From Trichinella spiralis (Eukaryota), in the NCBI RefSeq assembly GCF_000181795.1, contig NW_003526945.1:3171513-3235512 (forward strand): a stretch of 64,000 bases of DNA, given 5' to 3'. Under the pieces are notes generated by a model. That model was not told the origin of the DNA and made no database searches. It saw nothing but the letters and a program-made list of their open reading frames with translations. Each line of letters opens with the position of its first letter. Positions within the stretch are counted from its first letter, which is position 1. The position numbers and the translations under genes were made by a program. This document shows positions 27,401 through 40,771 of this stretch, one piece after another.

Positions 27401-30400
27401 AGCCTTTTTGCCTTCCAAACGAACCTCGGACGAATGACTACCCGGATCTGGGATGATCACATTCACTTCAAATTCTTGCCGTATGCGAACAACTAGCGAA
27501 CAGGAAGAACAAACAATAAGAACAACAACCACAAACACACGCAATTTGAAAAAAAAGAATAACAAAAACCACACGTACTGTTTAAACCGTTTTTGCCAAT
27601 TATGTGACCGTGCAAACTGGGATGGACAATGACCACGTCGGTGGCCATTTCGTTTTCAAGAGCAGCCACTCTGTCTTTCAACAACTCAGTGACCCTTTCC
27701 ACATCTTGCGGGGGACCTTCGAGAAAAATGAATCCCTCGCTTTCGAAAGTCACGTGCACCTGGATTAGAAAAAATGTACAAATGACAAACAAAAATTGGG
27801 AAAGAACACAGAATACTACTACTAGTAGTAATATTAAATAAGTAAAATTGTATACTTTTGAAAAATCGCCAACAATTGCTTTCAAATTTGCCCCTTTAGA
27901 ACCGATGATGAATTTGTGCAACCAAGTTGGACAATTCACACGCGCAGTAATAATACTGCTCGCCTAAACATAATTGAAAATATTTATTTCATTATCCAAG
28001 GGACAAGGATTTGAAAATTAAAAAGCACATACTTTCGCGTAGACCATCGCAACCGCGTAGCCAAGCTGATCCGGATGTCCACGGAGAGTAATTTCTGGCG
28101 ATTCTTCGTCTGCTGAAAATTCAACACTGACTCCAGTATCTCGCAATATTTCCGTTATGCCGCTCCGCTGGTAGCCCATGACGTAGCTGTGCTGGGACGG
28201 AGCCACGCTAACAGTTACAGTTCTGCAAGTGCGTTGCTGAAAAGAACAAAAATCTATTCTGTTGGTTCAATCATACAATGGAATGAAATCGATTTACTTT
28301 TTCTTCGTAAATTTCACGAATTTGTGCCACAGCTTTGTAAACGCCTTCTTTTTCACCGGTCACGACAATCACTTCGTTATTTGCCGACGGAGGTGGGATG
28401 TGCACACTGACGCCGGTCTCCTGTTTAATACGATCAACGACCGCATTGTCCGGTCCACGGATCCACGGGTAGTAGATTTTTGGAATGATCAAATTTTCAC
28501 TGGCCAATTTAGACTGAAACCAAAAAAAAAAACAATGCTCAACATCAATCAATGCTGTCGAATAAGACCAACAACCTGCTCGTCGACGAAAATTTGTATC
28601 TTGTGAATTGCTTTTTCAATGCCTTCCCTGGGACCGATCACTTTGATCACATCCGAAGAGTTGTTTCGATGGGGAACTACAATACGACAGTCGGTCTCTT
28701 TTTCCAACAAGTGCAACCGGCGTCCTTCTTTGCCTGAAAATCAAAAAAATTGCAACATTGCCCATTTTGATCGTTCAAAAAAAACCCACCAATCAACATT
28801 CGGTGGTACTGTTTCGGTATGCGAAGTTCGCGGTTGGCCTGCGTTTGCAACTGCTGGACGATCAACTTGCGCGCTTCTTCAACCGCCTGACGCTTGCCGG
28901 ATACGACAATCGTGATGCTCTGATCTTTGTTGTGGCACAGTTCGATCGAAGTTGCTGAAAAAAAAATAATGCATGGAAAATTTCATATTTCCAGACGAAT
29001 TCTTTTTTTTTCGTTCAACCAAACACAAATTATTGAAATGTGTGGTGAAAATTATCGAAAAAAAAAACAACTGCTTCCGATGATCGTCATGTTGGAAAAT
29101 GGATTTTTGAGAAAAAAAAAGAGCAACACCAACAGCCCAAACCGAAAAAAAAACGAAAATCAATTTTCTATCATCGGCAATGGAATTCCCTCCTCCACCA
29201 GCAGCATCGTTTTTCCCGCCAAAAATGAAAAATTGGAACAACGTCAATCCTTTGCTACAGTAAACCAAAGAAGAAGAAGAAGAAGAAAATTTGCCGCCAA
29301 ATTAAAATTGCACAAATCTTCAACGCGGACGCCCAATAATGTCCGGTTTCGAGAGAAGAAAAAACAAGTCGAACGAGCCATACGCCAACGCCAACGCGCC
29401 TACCCACCTACCTACCTACCTACTCTTTCTTTCTTTCTTACTGACTGACTGACTACTGCTGGCTCGATTGAAAACGCGGGCGCGTATCGATCGATACGCG
29501 CGCGCGCGCTCGCGCGCTCTTTCGACCAACACCGATATGCAAATTTTCCGTCCACTAAAGGCAGAAGATAATAATGAACTGAACAAAGCGAATAAAAGCC
29601 CGCTATGTGGAAATGCACACGCGCAACGACGACAAACAACAACACCAACACCGAAGCTGCACATCTTCAGCATCGACAAATATTCCATACGAAAAATTTC
29701 TTCACCACCACCAAAACAAACGACCAACCAACAATGCCCATTGAAACATTTCGGTAAGTTATATTTAAATTATTATTTATGGCAAGTTTAATGTGACTGT
29801 CTTCTTTTTTCTATTATTATTATTATTTCTTCTTCTTCTTCTTGTCCAAATAATAATTAGGAATTTCAACAATTTATTTCAACGATCAAAAAACACGGTA
29901 CTTAATTTCCTAGGCAACATTTTAAATCAAATCAACTCAGTAGTGGTCGAAAGATTTTTCCTTTTTCACCTCCCCTCCCCCACCTTATTCTACTACTGTT
30001 TCCCAGTTACAGTGTCACTTTTTCACCACTTTCAACAACGCTCAAAAAAAAAGTAATTTATTGCGCGCCAGTTGAACTTAACAAATCCACTGACCTACTT
30101 AATTGAACGTTAACTAACTTAACGATGAAAATTATCACCATCTTCATTATTATTTGTAACAAGTTGAAAAAGAAAAACAATTTTTTGTTTTTCAACATTC
30201 CAAATCATTTCTTGCAACTTCCAACTGCTCGCGTGGTCAATTTTTGAAAATTTCTCTCCCAGTACAACGCGCACTGCTCCAGTATACTTTCAAATATCCG
30301 GTTTTTCCACCGACCGATTTGGAAAATTCTTACGGCCGCGCTCCGTGCCTACGCTCGCTTATCTTTTTTCTTTTTATTTTTCTCTTCAATAATTGAAACT

Positions 30401-32236
30401 AGCTGAAAAATATCAAAATTCCATTCTTTTTTCTGATTTTCAAACATCTGAAATTGCCAATACAATTTTTCCAATTTTCTGCACTCGGCGTAACGTGACA
30501 GGTCATTTTCACCTCGACTGAAATGCAATTTCTCTTTTTCCATAAACAACACATACGCGGAAAAATACAGTATGATGATCATGCAATTAGCAGTACTCCA
30601 CTCGCAAACTTGGAAAACTTTTACCATGGTCCACTGGTTGACTTTTCTTCTCTTATCGTATCGTCACTAACGCTCAATATTAAAGACTATTCATTCTACA
30701 GAGGAACGTAATACACTACTGCTTTGCATAATGGGATAGTGTAGTGCTTTTTCAGTTTTCTTTTCACATACTGGTGCTTTTCAAATCACACTTCCACTGT
30801 CTGTCAGGTTGATGGAAATTATTATTCACCATGCGCACTAATCAAACAAGAACAGTCGACAGTGTTCACTATCTCAACGCAGCATAAATGCAGCCATTTT
30901 CACAAATAAAACGTCACTAGGATGTGCCAGTCCTAACTGGGAAGAGCAAATATTTGCAAATATTACTTGCGCGTGTGGATCATAAATTGAAATTGAAACA
31001 AACTGTGTGTGTGTGGCATTAAATATTATCACATATTGGGAACTCTATTTCAATTTCCTCGTTTTGAAAATTCCACATAGTATGCCACGTATGTGCGCTT
31101 TACGATCACTAGCACTTGTACAGTATTCCTTCCAGCGGTGTTGTTTGCCCAACTGATGATAGTTGTGGAACACGTCACTGATCAAATAACGTGTTTCACA
31201 AGGAAAAATACCTTTTGCCGTGCATTCGCAGACAGTCGTCACCTCAATTGACCTTGACCATCAGAAAAGCCTTTACAGTATCAAAAGCACCGGTTGCACG
31301 TGGAACAAGGTCGTCGTGGGTTGGCTAAATGAGCACAAGGAAAAAGAATCACTAACATGCTACAATGTTTGCCGTCCGTGTTACTAGCGAAATTTCACGA
31401 CGCAACAAGAGGAAATGAAAAACTAGTTTGTCCGATGCGGAAGCATCTATGGTGAAATATTGAAATTTGGTAAATTTCGATCGCGCCACTTCCACCTTTG
31501 TTTGTCGCTTCTGATCAAACATTATTCAATGCGTACAAAGAAGTAATGGTGGATAATTTGAAACAAAAACGAGAAAAGAAATAATAATTGCCCATTTCAA
31601 ATATGCTACCTGTTTTCTGCATAATATCGTTGCATTCGATTTGTTCCGAATTTCGCTCGTTTGAACCGTACTGATTGTCTTGCTTCACACGAAATTTTCT
31701 TTCTTCGTATGGCAATTGGAAAATCTGTATTGGGGTTTAATGAAAGAAAAAAAACAAAATGATAATAATTACGATCATATATATATACATAGTTTTTCAA
31801 ATAATCAAAATGAAAAGTTCACCTGCGTTACAGTTGTACTGCGAATGGCCGGTGTAGTAGCCAATGCGGACAGAGTAGTACCTGGTGCATTAGTCGATGT
31901 TGCCAATTTGGGAAAATCAGCCTCGTAATCCATAACGATCTTGCGATTTTGTTCTACCGTGCCAGATCCGATAAATGGTTGTTGATTTTGTTGTTGTTGA
32001 TGATGTTGTTGTTGTTGTTGTTGCTGTTGTTGTTGTTGCTTCTGCGCCGAATGCTCAGCACCTGGAGCAACAGGAAACGCGGGTGCCGACTGGGCAACCG
32101 GTCCGAGGCATGAAGTGACCACGTGTAACGAGTCCATCGTATTGCCGAGCATCGGGCTACCATTCAGAGTTAGCGAGTCCGTAGATACCATGTTTAAACT
32201 GGGCGATGAATACATCATGCTTATGTCCGGATTCAT
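24434..32236 (-). CDS. vgln-1: Vigilin (HDLBP), multi-KH-domain RNA-binding protein
   Basis: N-terminal DYEADFPKL...IRSTTVTQ|IFQLPYEERK...IMQKT|ATSIELCHNKDQSITIVVSGK. Tandem KH GxxG loops: HKFIIGSKG, HIIGKNG, MMIGVKG, HIIGKGG, LIGSGG, LIGRQG, LIGIKG, IIGQRG. C-terminal PDMENMQEFPSM. Intron 2 (~31608-28956) is about 2.65 kb. Confidence 0.95.
29480..29501. repeat. Perfect 22-bp palindrome GCGCGTATCGATCGATACGCGC followed by a (CG)n tract
   Basis: Self-reverse-complementary by direct reading. Alternating CG continues to about 29517, interrupted by one T. Confidence 0.95.
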
Positions 32237-33451
32237 TAGCCAACCAACAGAGAAGACGAAATCGAAAACTATAACAAAAAGAGAAGAATATTCAAATGAA
32301 GAAGAATTTAAAGAATGCGAAGAATTTTGTTTCGTGATTTGTGAACAAGTTCGATTTTTTTTTCAAAGCTGAAGAAAAATATCGACGGTGAATAGGAAGA
32401 ATCTAACGCGAAAATGCTAATAATGGGAAAAGCGACCGACAAGCTGTGAAAGGCGACGCTGTTTCGAATGACAACGTGGAATAAGCAGAACAGTAAAGAA
32501 GACAACAGCCATTGTAGGTAGGTAGGTGGCTGTTTGAAATGGGAAAACCACGTCACCAGCTGGTTAGGTTAGCTCAAGCGCGTTGAATAAAGAAAAGCAT
32601 TTCTTCCCGACTGGTGAATAAACTATGGCTGAAGACGAAATTTCTGTTGGTTCAGGCAATGAACGAACGAGGCCGCGACAGTACAGTAACATACTGGCTT
32701 AGGTCAGCCATGTAGCCTGTTGACATTTCGTCACCAAACAACAACAGTACACCGTGTTCAACAGCAAACACAAATCTGACAGCAAAACAAGGCTGTATTT
32801 TGGGCTGAAAAAGCCAATCTCACTTGTTGAAAATACCAAAATCATATTCATTGGCCATGTTTGTAAATAACAACGTCGGTCGGTAAAAACGTGGATATCA
32901 ACAGACCCGTTGACATACAATCTATCTAGCTGAGAAAACGCCTCTAGGCATAAATAACTTCGGTGGATCAAAATGTACCAATTCATCAGATAATCAACAA
33001 TTGAAATGTGCCGCCCTTCAGTTGTACCAATGTCAAAAATTATGTTCCGCTTCTTTCCCAATCATTCACTCGACATCCATACACACACACACACGCACAA
33101 TCTTCGTAACAAATCACCTATAATTCGTTGGAAATTTTTACAGAAATATCTTCTAGTTCAAAAATTATTATTACATGAAATTTTTTAAATAATATTCAAG
33201 TCATTACCGATCGAAAAAAGTTAATATTAGAGGATGGTGAAAAATAAATATCACATTTTTAGAACATATAAAAACTATTTACGTTTGTCAGAAAAATACC
33301 AGGTAAAATTTTCCCAAAAAAATTCGCATTCCTTCAAAATAATAAGATTATTAAAAGGAAATATTTAACAATGAGAAGCGAGAATGAAGATGTACATTTT
33401 TTAAACAGAAACGATAAATGAACAAGGAAATACTGACAACAACCGCTCTTA

Positions 33452-33600
33452 CCTGTCAAAGTGAAATAGCGAACATTAATATACTAAGACTGCTGAAAAC
33501 TTCGTCGAAGAAACTAAACTACCGACTGAGGGGAAACACGCTCAACGCCTAGCACGACTATTCGCAACTTTTATAATGGCTACCAGTTAGAAAGCAAGGG
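33452..33600 (-). other. Putative non-coding 5' exon of vigilin
   Basis: Strong donor CAG|GTAAGA on the minus strand at 33453/33452, inside a GC-elevated patch. A plausible acceptor TTCTTCAG lies at 32369, upstream of the ATG at 32236. The upstream boundary is approximate. Confidence 0.35.
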
Positions 33601-35233
33601 AAAGTAATGATTTTCAGGAACATCCATATCATATTCTGTTTAAATTGTAATTTTGTAAAAAAAATCTTTTTGCATATAATAATTTAATTTTATACGAAAT
33701 ATTAAAAAATTAAACATTTATTTTATTTTATAACACATATGGAGTGTTTATTGCAACGTAAGGCATACTGTAGTTTTAATTCAGGTGGAATTGAATTTTA
33801 TTTTTGAAAGTTAATTGAAATTGTAATTAATTTATAAAATTTTTTTATTATACAGTTTTTTGAATTTATAATAAAATATTATTATTTATTACGATTAAAC
33901 ATTGAATTTTTCATTACAGCCAAAAAAGGGCGCTAGGATTTCTAATTTTTGTTTAAATAAGCGTCGGCTTTATCATATTTCACGCTCTGAGATTTTATTA
34001 CAAAGTTTTATTACAGTAAAAATATAATATGATCATTCAATTGTATTGAATTGGAGCAAAAGGGTATTTTTAAAAGAAAATTCTCTTTTCACTACACGTA
34101 ATAGTGAATTTAAATAATTTTCTACCAACAAGATATTGGGTGAATTAAATTCTGATGATAATAAAGTGATGGTAAAGATTATCCAGCAGCATGGATGGTG
34201 GAAATTTTTTTCCCCAGTCACTGGCAGAAAAGTTGTACATTGTAGCTACCACTTTTCCTGACGTTTGTGTAATTATACTTCAATTGTAATAATATTTTGA
34301 GCATTTAAAATGAAAAAAATAGATAAAAATTAAAATAATTTTCACAGAAATGTTTATTTTATATAGAAAATTTTTTTACACATTTAATGCAGGTTTTTTT
34401 TACATTTTCGAATATGATTCATTGATTTGAATATAAAAATGCAAAGTGTGAAAATGGAATAAGTTGCACAAAATTGGAAAAGTGTTGTCAACAAATTTCA
34501 ATGCTAACATTATAATAAGAAAGTGTTCAATTTCATTGCAATTTTGAGAAGATTTGTTTTTTTTGTTGATTTTTCAACTATTAGTGTGCCATATTTATAT
34601 ACGTGTAAATATATTTATATTCAATGTCTCGCTGTGAAGTAACAAAATAAAATAACCGTCAGCATGGGAAAAATTTTTTTCTTTTTCACATCTGGTGACG
34701 TAAAAGAGAAAGAAATATATGTTTAATAATTTTGAATAATAACGCAATAATGATTATTATGAAATGTATCAAAAAACAATTACGCGATGTTTGCTTTTTA
34801 GTGATGTCAATATTCTGTGGCAATAATTTAATTTATTTTCTTTAATAGTCAATGAAAATGATATTAATATATGTTTTGTTGTTGTTGTTCATGATAAGCG
34901 TAATTAATTGAAATTTTTCAAAAATTGCAGTTGGTCGTTTTCATACAAGACGAGTGTGGTGTAAAATAATGGTGATTTTCTTTTCATGTATTATTTTTAA
35001 GATTATTAAAAAAACATATCTACGGTGGTGAAGATAGATGATGTTGTTTTGTTTGTTTTATTTTTGAAGTTTTATCAGAATGTTCAGCTTGTAATTAATT
35101 AATGTGCTTTAATGTACATTGCATTTTGGCATGCACGCACAATGTGCTTGAGCAAGTGTTTTTTCCACTGCGCACAGCGAACAAACAAAGGGCAGACTTT
35201 TGTTGATGCGGCGTTTGTTCTCGGAATTTGTGA

Positions 35234-35279
<46 letters not shown>
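35234..35279. repeat. (ATT)n microsatellite
   Basis: About 15 ATT units. Confidence 0.9.
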
Positions 35280-35280
<1 letters not shown>

Positions 35281-37757
35281 ATGTCAGTCGTTTTATTTTC
35301 TGAAATTCATCTGACGTATTTTACAGCGCTGATTATTGCATTGAATTTCCATAAAAAAAGAAAAATTCAAAGCATCAATCTCGATTAGCATTTGTTTTTG
35401 AAAATGAAATTGTCGGCCAAATGTGTCCAAAAATGAATTTACAACACATTGTTGCAGTTGTTGTACAAATAATACAGCTGCAATGTGATTTGTGTATATG
35501 CAAAATAGCAACAGCAACGAGCACATTGCCTCGAACAATTTCCTCGTTAACAGCAGTGGCAAACGGTATATATGTAAGTTCTGTTTTGCATATATATATC
35601 TTTGGCCATGCTTTTCAGTAGACATGGTACATTTTCCTCATTGTTATCATGACGTTCTCCACTTGCCCCCTCCCTCCAAAACAAACAAAATTGAACATTA
35701 ACAATGCAATAATTGTATAATAGTATCAACGCAGGGCATTGTCGCAACGCTGGGAAGTATGAATTGATAATCCATATCTGTTATGGGCATATTTCAATTG
35801 AAATTTTAATTTTTTTTTCATTTTTCGACCATTTCTGATCACCGCCTGCTAAACAATCTGTTCTGTTGTTCAATTTCATCGATTAAGCACAAACAAAGCT
35901 GATGCACATCTTCTTCTTACTCATCTTGTTGTTTTAGTATACGTGCAATTTTTGCAAACTGTGGAATGTAAATCCTCTTGTACATGAGATCATGTGCTTT
36001 TTGTTGTTGTTTGAAAATTTTGGTGCAATATGCTGACAAATTGTTTTGATTAAAGCAATGATTTGATGCACGAAATGATGAAAATGCAATGAGCAGATCA
36101 TTATCTCTCCTCTTTGATGATAGATTTGATTTTATGTGAACACTTTTGTAGATAACAGAAAATACAATTCTGTTATCTTTGACAATGTGACTAACGTTTA
36201 TATTCTTCTTAAATTATTTTGCTTTTCCAAAATTGTTTTTATTTCTTGTAGAAGAAAAATTCCAATCTTTTGAACATATATATATATATATATTTCTGCA
36301 GAGTTGTATTATATTGAATTCGAAATTGCCCAATTCGGTCGTCAATGTATGAAGTGATGATTTTAGTAGTTTATTTGAATAAAAGTGATCGTATAATTTG
36401 GATGACCTCTTCAACAAAGATGACTAATCAAAAATCAAATAAGCTGCTCTGAATGTGATAATTGCCGTCTGTGCATGTTGTGTAATAATTTCTTCACTCG
36501 GGGCTCGTAAGCAATTGTTGATCAAACACCGCGTTCATATCTTTTCATTTCCGCGATTTTTGGCAAATAAAATCCACCAAATTCACTTTCCATACTACAC
36601 CGTTCCCTGCGTGCATGTTAGCGTTTTATATCCCCCCTTACAAAAAAAAATCCCAACGATTCTAATGTGAAAATATTGGATAGATTTTTTTTTCAATATA
36701 TTTTAAAAATATATCAATTTGCCTGTTTGATTGAAATTTACGTTTCAGTTTAATTTTTTTCATCTGTAATATTGTACCACTTGAAAAATAATGGAATTAA
36801 CCATAAGTTGAAATGTAGAAAAAGCAAAGAAGCATTCAATTCGTTTTTCTTTATCATAATTGAAGAACCCCTATCCTCATATATATATATATATGTAACG
36901 TAATACTATGCTAACAGTATATTTGAATATTTGTTGGTGTAGAAAGAAAAGCTATTTTCCCATTTTATTGTCTAGATGAGCTTGTCTTATTGTATTGTAA
37001 TTTGTGTGACAATTTGATCGTTGGGCAATTTCATGATTTTATTTTTCGCTTCGTTTTCCATTGGTTTCTTTCATCATTTCAAGCAGTTTGATTTCTTCTT
37101 CTTCTTCTCCAAGCATAATTTGCATATTTATGCATTGCATCACTTCGTTGTTCGAAAACAGCCAATCATCGACGGCAACAGTTGCATTTTCGTTCTGTTA
37201 TCGTTTCGTAGCTTTTCGTCGAAGTGGAAAAGATGAGCCGACGGTTGCTGTCGGGGGACGGTAGGCGGTGAATTAGGCAAATTTTTTTCTCCACAATTCA
37301 CCAATCACGTCGTTGGATTTTACGATTTGCCGCCGGCTAGTTGTGCGGCGTTTGCCGGCGTTGTATTCGGTGCGCTCGCGCGCGTCGTACAAGCTAACTA
37401 ACCCCGTTGTCTTGTTTCTCTGCCCAACTTGAGACGCGACTTGTTCATTTCTCACAGCAAAGCCCGGTCCGACTAGCGGTTCCGACTCGTTCCTTTTTCT
37501 GCTTTTCCTCATCATCCCCATCCATTTTAAACCTTTTTCTAATTTCCAAACAATTTTTCCTCCACCCCCAATTCCCAAGCTACTATTCTCTTCTGGTATG
37601 CTTGACGCTTCTACTGCCGAATGCTTGTCGTGACCATGCTCCATTCGATAATGCTCTTTTTTTTCTTCTGAAAATATTTCAATTTATTATTTGTATTTTG
37701 TGTGAATTATTAAATTGTGTTTCTTTTTTTGCCTACATTTTTCAGATTCAGAAGAAA

Positions 37758-40700
37758 ATGGCCGGTTTTGGAGATTTGCTCGAAAATGATTTGACAAACG
37801 ACCGTGAATTGAACAGTTTGCATGGTTTGGATTTCGGCTTGTCGCTCGAAAGTACAAATCTGCTGAACAGTACCAACAACAGCGTCATTGGGATAAATTT
37901 GGACGACTTTTACATGGGCGAGTCGCAAGGGTCGGTCAGTGGTGGCGACAATTTCATGACCGACTCGTTGGTCGAACGGTTCAGTCGCTTGTCGACAGCC
38001 AGCAACGGTGTCGATTCGGCCAACACGACCGCCAGCAGCACTTGCGATGTTGGGACTTTCGAAACCACCGCGGACAACAATCAAGCCACCGCCCAATTTC
38101 TATCCAACTTGCTCCATCGTTACCGAGATTCTCAAAGTGGTCTCGTTCAACAGAGTAAATATATTTTTTTCAATCAAAAAATGAATCAATTTCATCTTTT
38201 GTAGACCATCGAAATTGCAGTCTACCATCGTATTCCATCGTTTTACCTGCAAATTCGGGTATGCAAATTTTCTTCGTTTGAAATTGTCCGTGTATAATTT
38301 TGTTTTTCCAGTCGGCGTTCAAGTTTCGCAACCGACAGAAACCGCGCCGAATTCTCGCTACGATAATTTGGCGTCGTCGCAGCTTTACGTCGGCGGCAAT
38401 CTTTCTCCACTTCAAGGCGGTATGCAAAATTTTTTTTCACACGCACTTTCTTCTTCGTCGTTTGTTTATTTTTTCTCTTTTTTTTTACAATTTACTTTTG
38501 CAGAAGAAAATCCAACACAACGACTGATGAAAAGCATGTCGAGTGAGAATGAATCAATATTTGGAATTTTAATTAATTAATTAATTTCAATTTTTTTTTC
38601 TTCAAAGTTTCTTCCAATGAACAAATCAACAAAGCTGTTGGACGAATGTCGGCAAATTCAATTATTCGTACACCGACCAGAAAACCGCTCGGCTCTTCCA
38701 AAAGCAACAACAACAACACTACTACTACTACTGCTGCTGCTGCTCCTTATACAACAACTGCTATTGTCAACAACAACAACAACAACAACAACGCCACTAC
38801 TACTACCACTACCACTACCACTAATACTAACAACAACAACAAGTAGAGCAGATTTTTTTTTGAAATTTATTAATAATTTTACAAAAAAAAAATGTTTTCA
38901 GTTTTGACGCTTGTCATGGTTTTGTTCGTCAAATTCACAGCCCATTGATTATTCCAATAGCGTCGACACCACGTCAAAAGCGTCGTTCGGGCAAGGCGGA
39001 TTCTGGATCCTGGTCGAGCGCCTCGCAGAGCAGTTCTCTGTCCGATTCCGAAGCGACTCCACTGTCGACTGACTCGTCATTTTTGTCATTTCAAAATCTC
39101 GACGATTTTGTCAAAAATTTCAACTTGAAAAATCCAGTAGTTCCATACCGTGATCAACAGAACGTCGGCCAATTGCTTTTCGGCAACAAGACCGTCGTCA
39201 ATCCAGCCGAGACGACCGGAATTGGTTATCATCATAATCCTAATCAGCAGCAGCAGCAGCAGCAGCAGCAGCATTATCATCATTATCAACATCAACAGCA
39301 ACATCCAATCGGTGGCACCAACCATCATTGCCAGTATCGAAATGGCAATTTTCAGACAACGTTCAACGCCGACGTCTACCGGAACAGGGCCAAAATGGAC
39401 AGCCGCTTTTTCCGTCTCGTCGACACCAACAACGTCGACAATGCGGCCCGTATATACAGAAACGCGGCCGCGTTGTACGAAGCTTCTTGCACTTGGAACG
39501 GCGAAGTGCCGCCCAAAGTTTACACCAATCCGTCATATTCGTGCAAAGTGTTCGTCGGCGGTGTGCCGTGGGATATTACTGAGCAGAGTTTGATTTGCGC
39601 ATTTCGACAATTCGGTTCGGTCCGGGTCGAATGGCCCGGCCGTGAAGCTCGTTACGCCAGATCAGCGATGAAGCCGGTCACGTCGAATCGCGGCAAAGGT
39701 AATACACTGTTTGTTGGAATATTTAAATTTATTCAAATTTTTTTCTCTTTCTCTATTCAAAGGATACGTTTACATGATTTTTGAACAAGAAAGTTCGGTC
39801 CATTTTTTGCTGCAAAATTGCATGCGTGACTACAGTCGTGATGGCGAATGGTATTTCAAGTTGAATTCTCGACGCATGCACGCTCGTGAAGTGCGTCAGG
39901 TGAAATTTTTTTTTCACATTGGAAGTGAAAGAAAAGAAAATTTATATCCATTCTTATTTTCAGGTTCAAATTATTCCCTGGGTTATTCAAGATAGCAATT
40001 ATGTGAAAACGGCCGGCGGCGAGAGGCTCGATCCGCAGAAGACTATTTTTGTGGGCGCTTTGCACGGCATGGTGACGGCGGAAATTTTGGCCACCGTCAT
40101 GAACGACCTGTTCGACGGTGTCGTTTACGCTGGAATCGATACTGACAAATACAAATATCCGATTGGTATGTGCGCGGGATGTGGTGGAAAAATGCAAAAT
40201 GTCTACGTACGTACGATTTGAATAAAATAAAATTTTTCAGGTTCTGGACGCGTATGTTTCGACAATGATCACAGTTATTTCAAAGCAGTGTCGGCGGCAT
40301 TTGTGGAAATTAAAACTAGAAAATTTGCGAAAAAAGTACTACATATAGAACAATTGTTGAAAAATTGAAAAAAAACGAATACTAATAAATTTCCAGGTTC
40401 AAATCGATCCCTACTTGGAAGACGCGTTGTGTTCGATTTGTACTTACAATCCAGGCCTGTACTTTTGTCGTGAATTGATGTGTTTCCGCTATTTTTGCCG
40501 TCAATGTTGGCAGGTAGAGTAGAAAAAAAAATTTTTTTTTTAATACAAATTTCATTTTTTTAATTTTTCACTTCAGAATCAACATGCGTTGGATATCATG
40601 AGAGAACACAAGCCGTTGATGCGCAACACTCGTAAAAGTACTTTATCGGCGGCCGAAGTTTTCCACGCGGATCAAATTTATTCCGAAATGTTGAACACCG

Positions 40701-40771
40701 CCATGGCATACATGAATTCGAACAACTTTTTCGACTATCCCAATGCTGAAACACGCAGTCGTCGTCTTTGA
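37758..40771 (+). CDS. cpb-3: Cytoplasmic polyadenylation element-binding protein, CPEB1/Orb/CPB-3 subfamily
   Basis: Low-complexity N-terminus, then [21 protein letters not shown]1 [19 protein letters not shown]2 [10 protein letters not shown]...[26 protein letters not shown], and a ZZ finger CSIC...[18 protein letters not shown]......H. GGVPWDI is the CPEB1-type signature, whereas CPEB2-4 have GGLPPDI. Confidence 0.94.

Noticed and set aside
28927..29791. Several Lys/Arg-rich or Phe-rich ORFs in vigilin intron 2
   Set aside because: Low-complexity artefacts with no coherent splice model.
35985..36005. bantam/miR-80-like start TGAGATCAT
   Set aside because: The 3' part does not match and there is no precursor hairpin.
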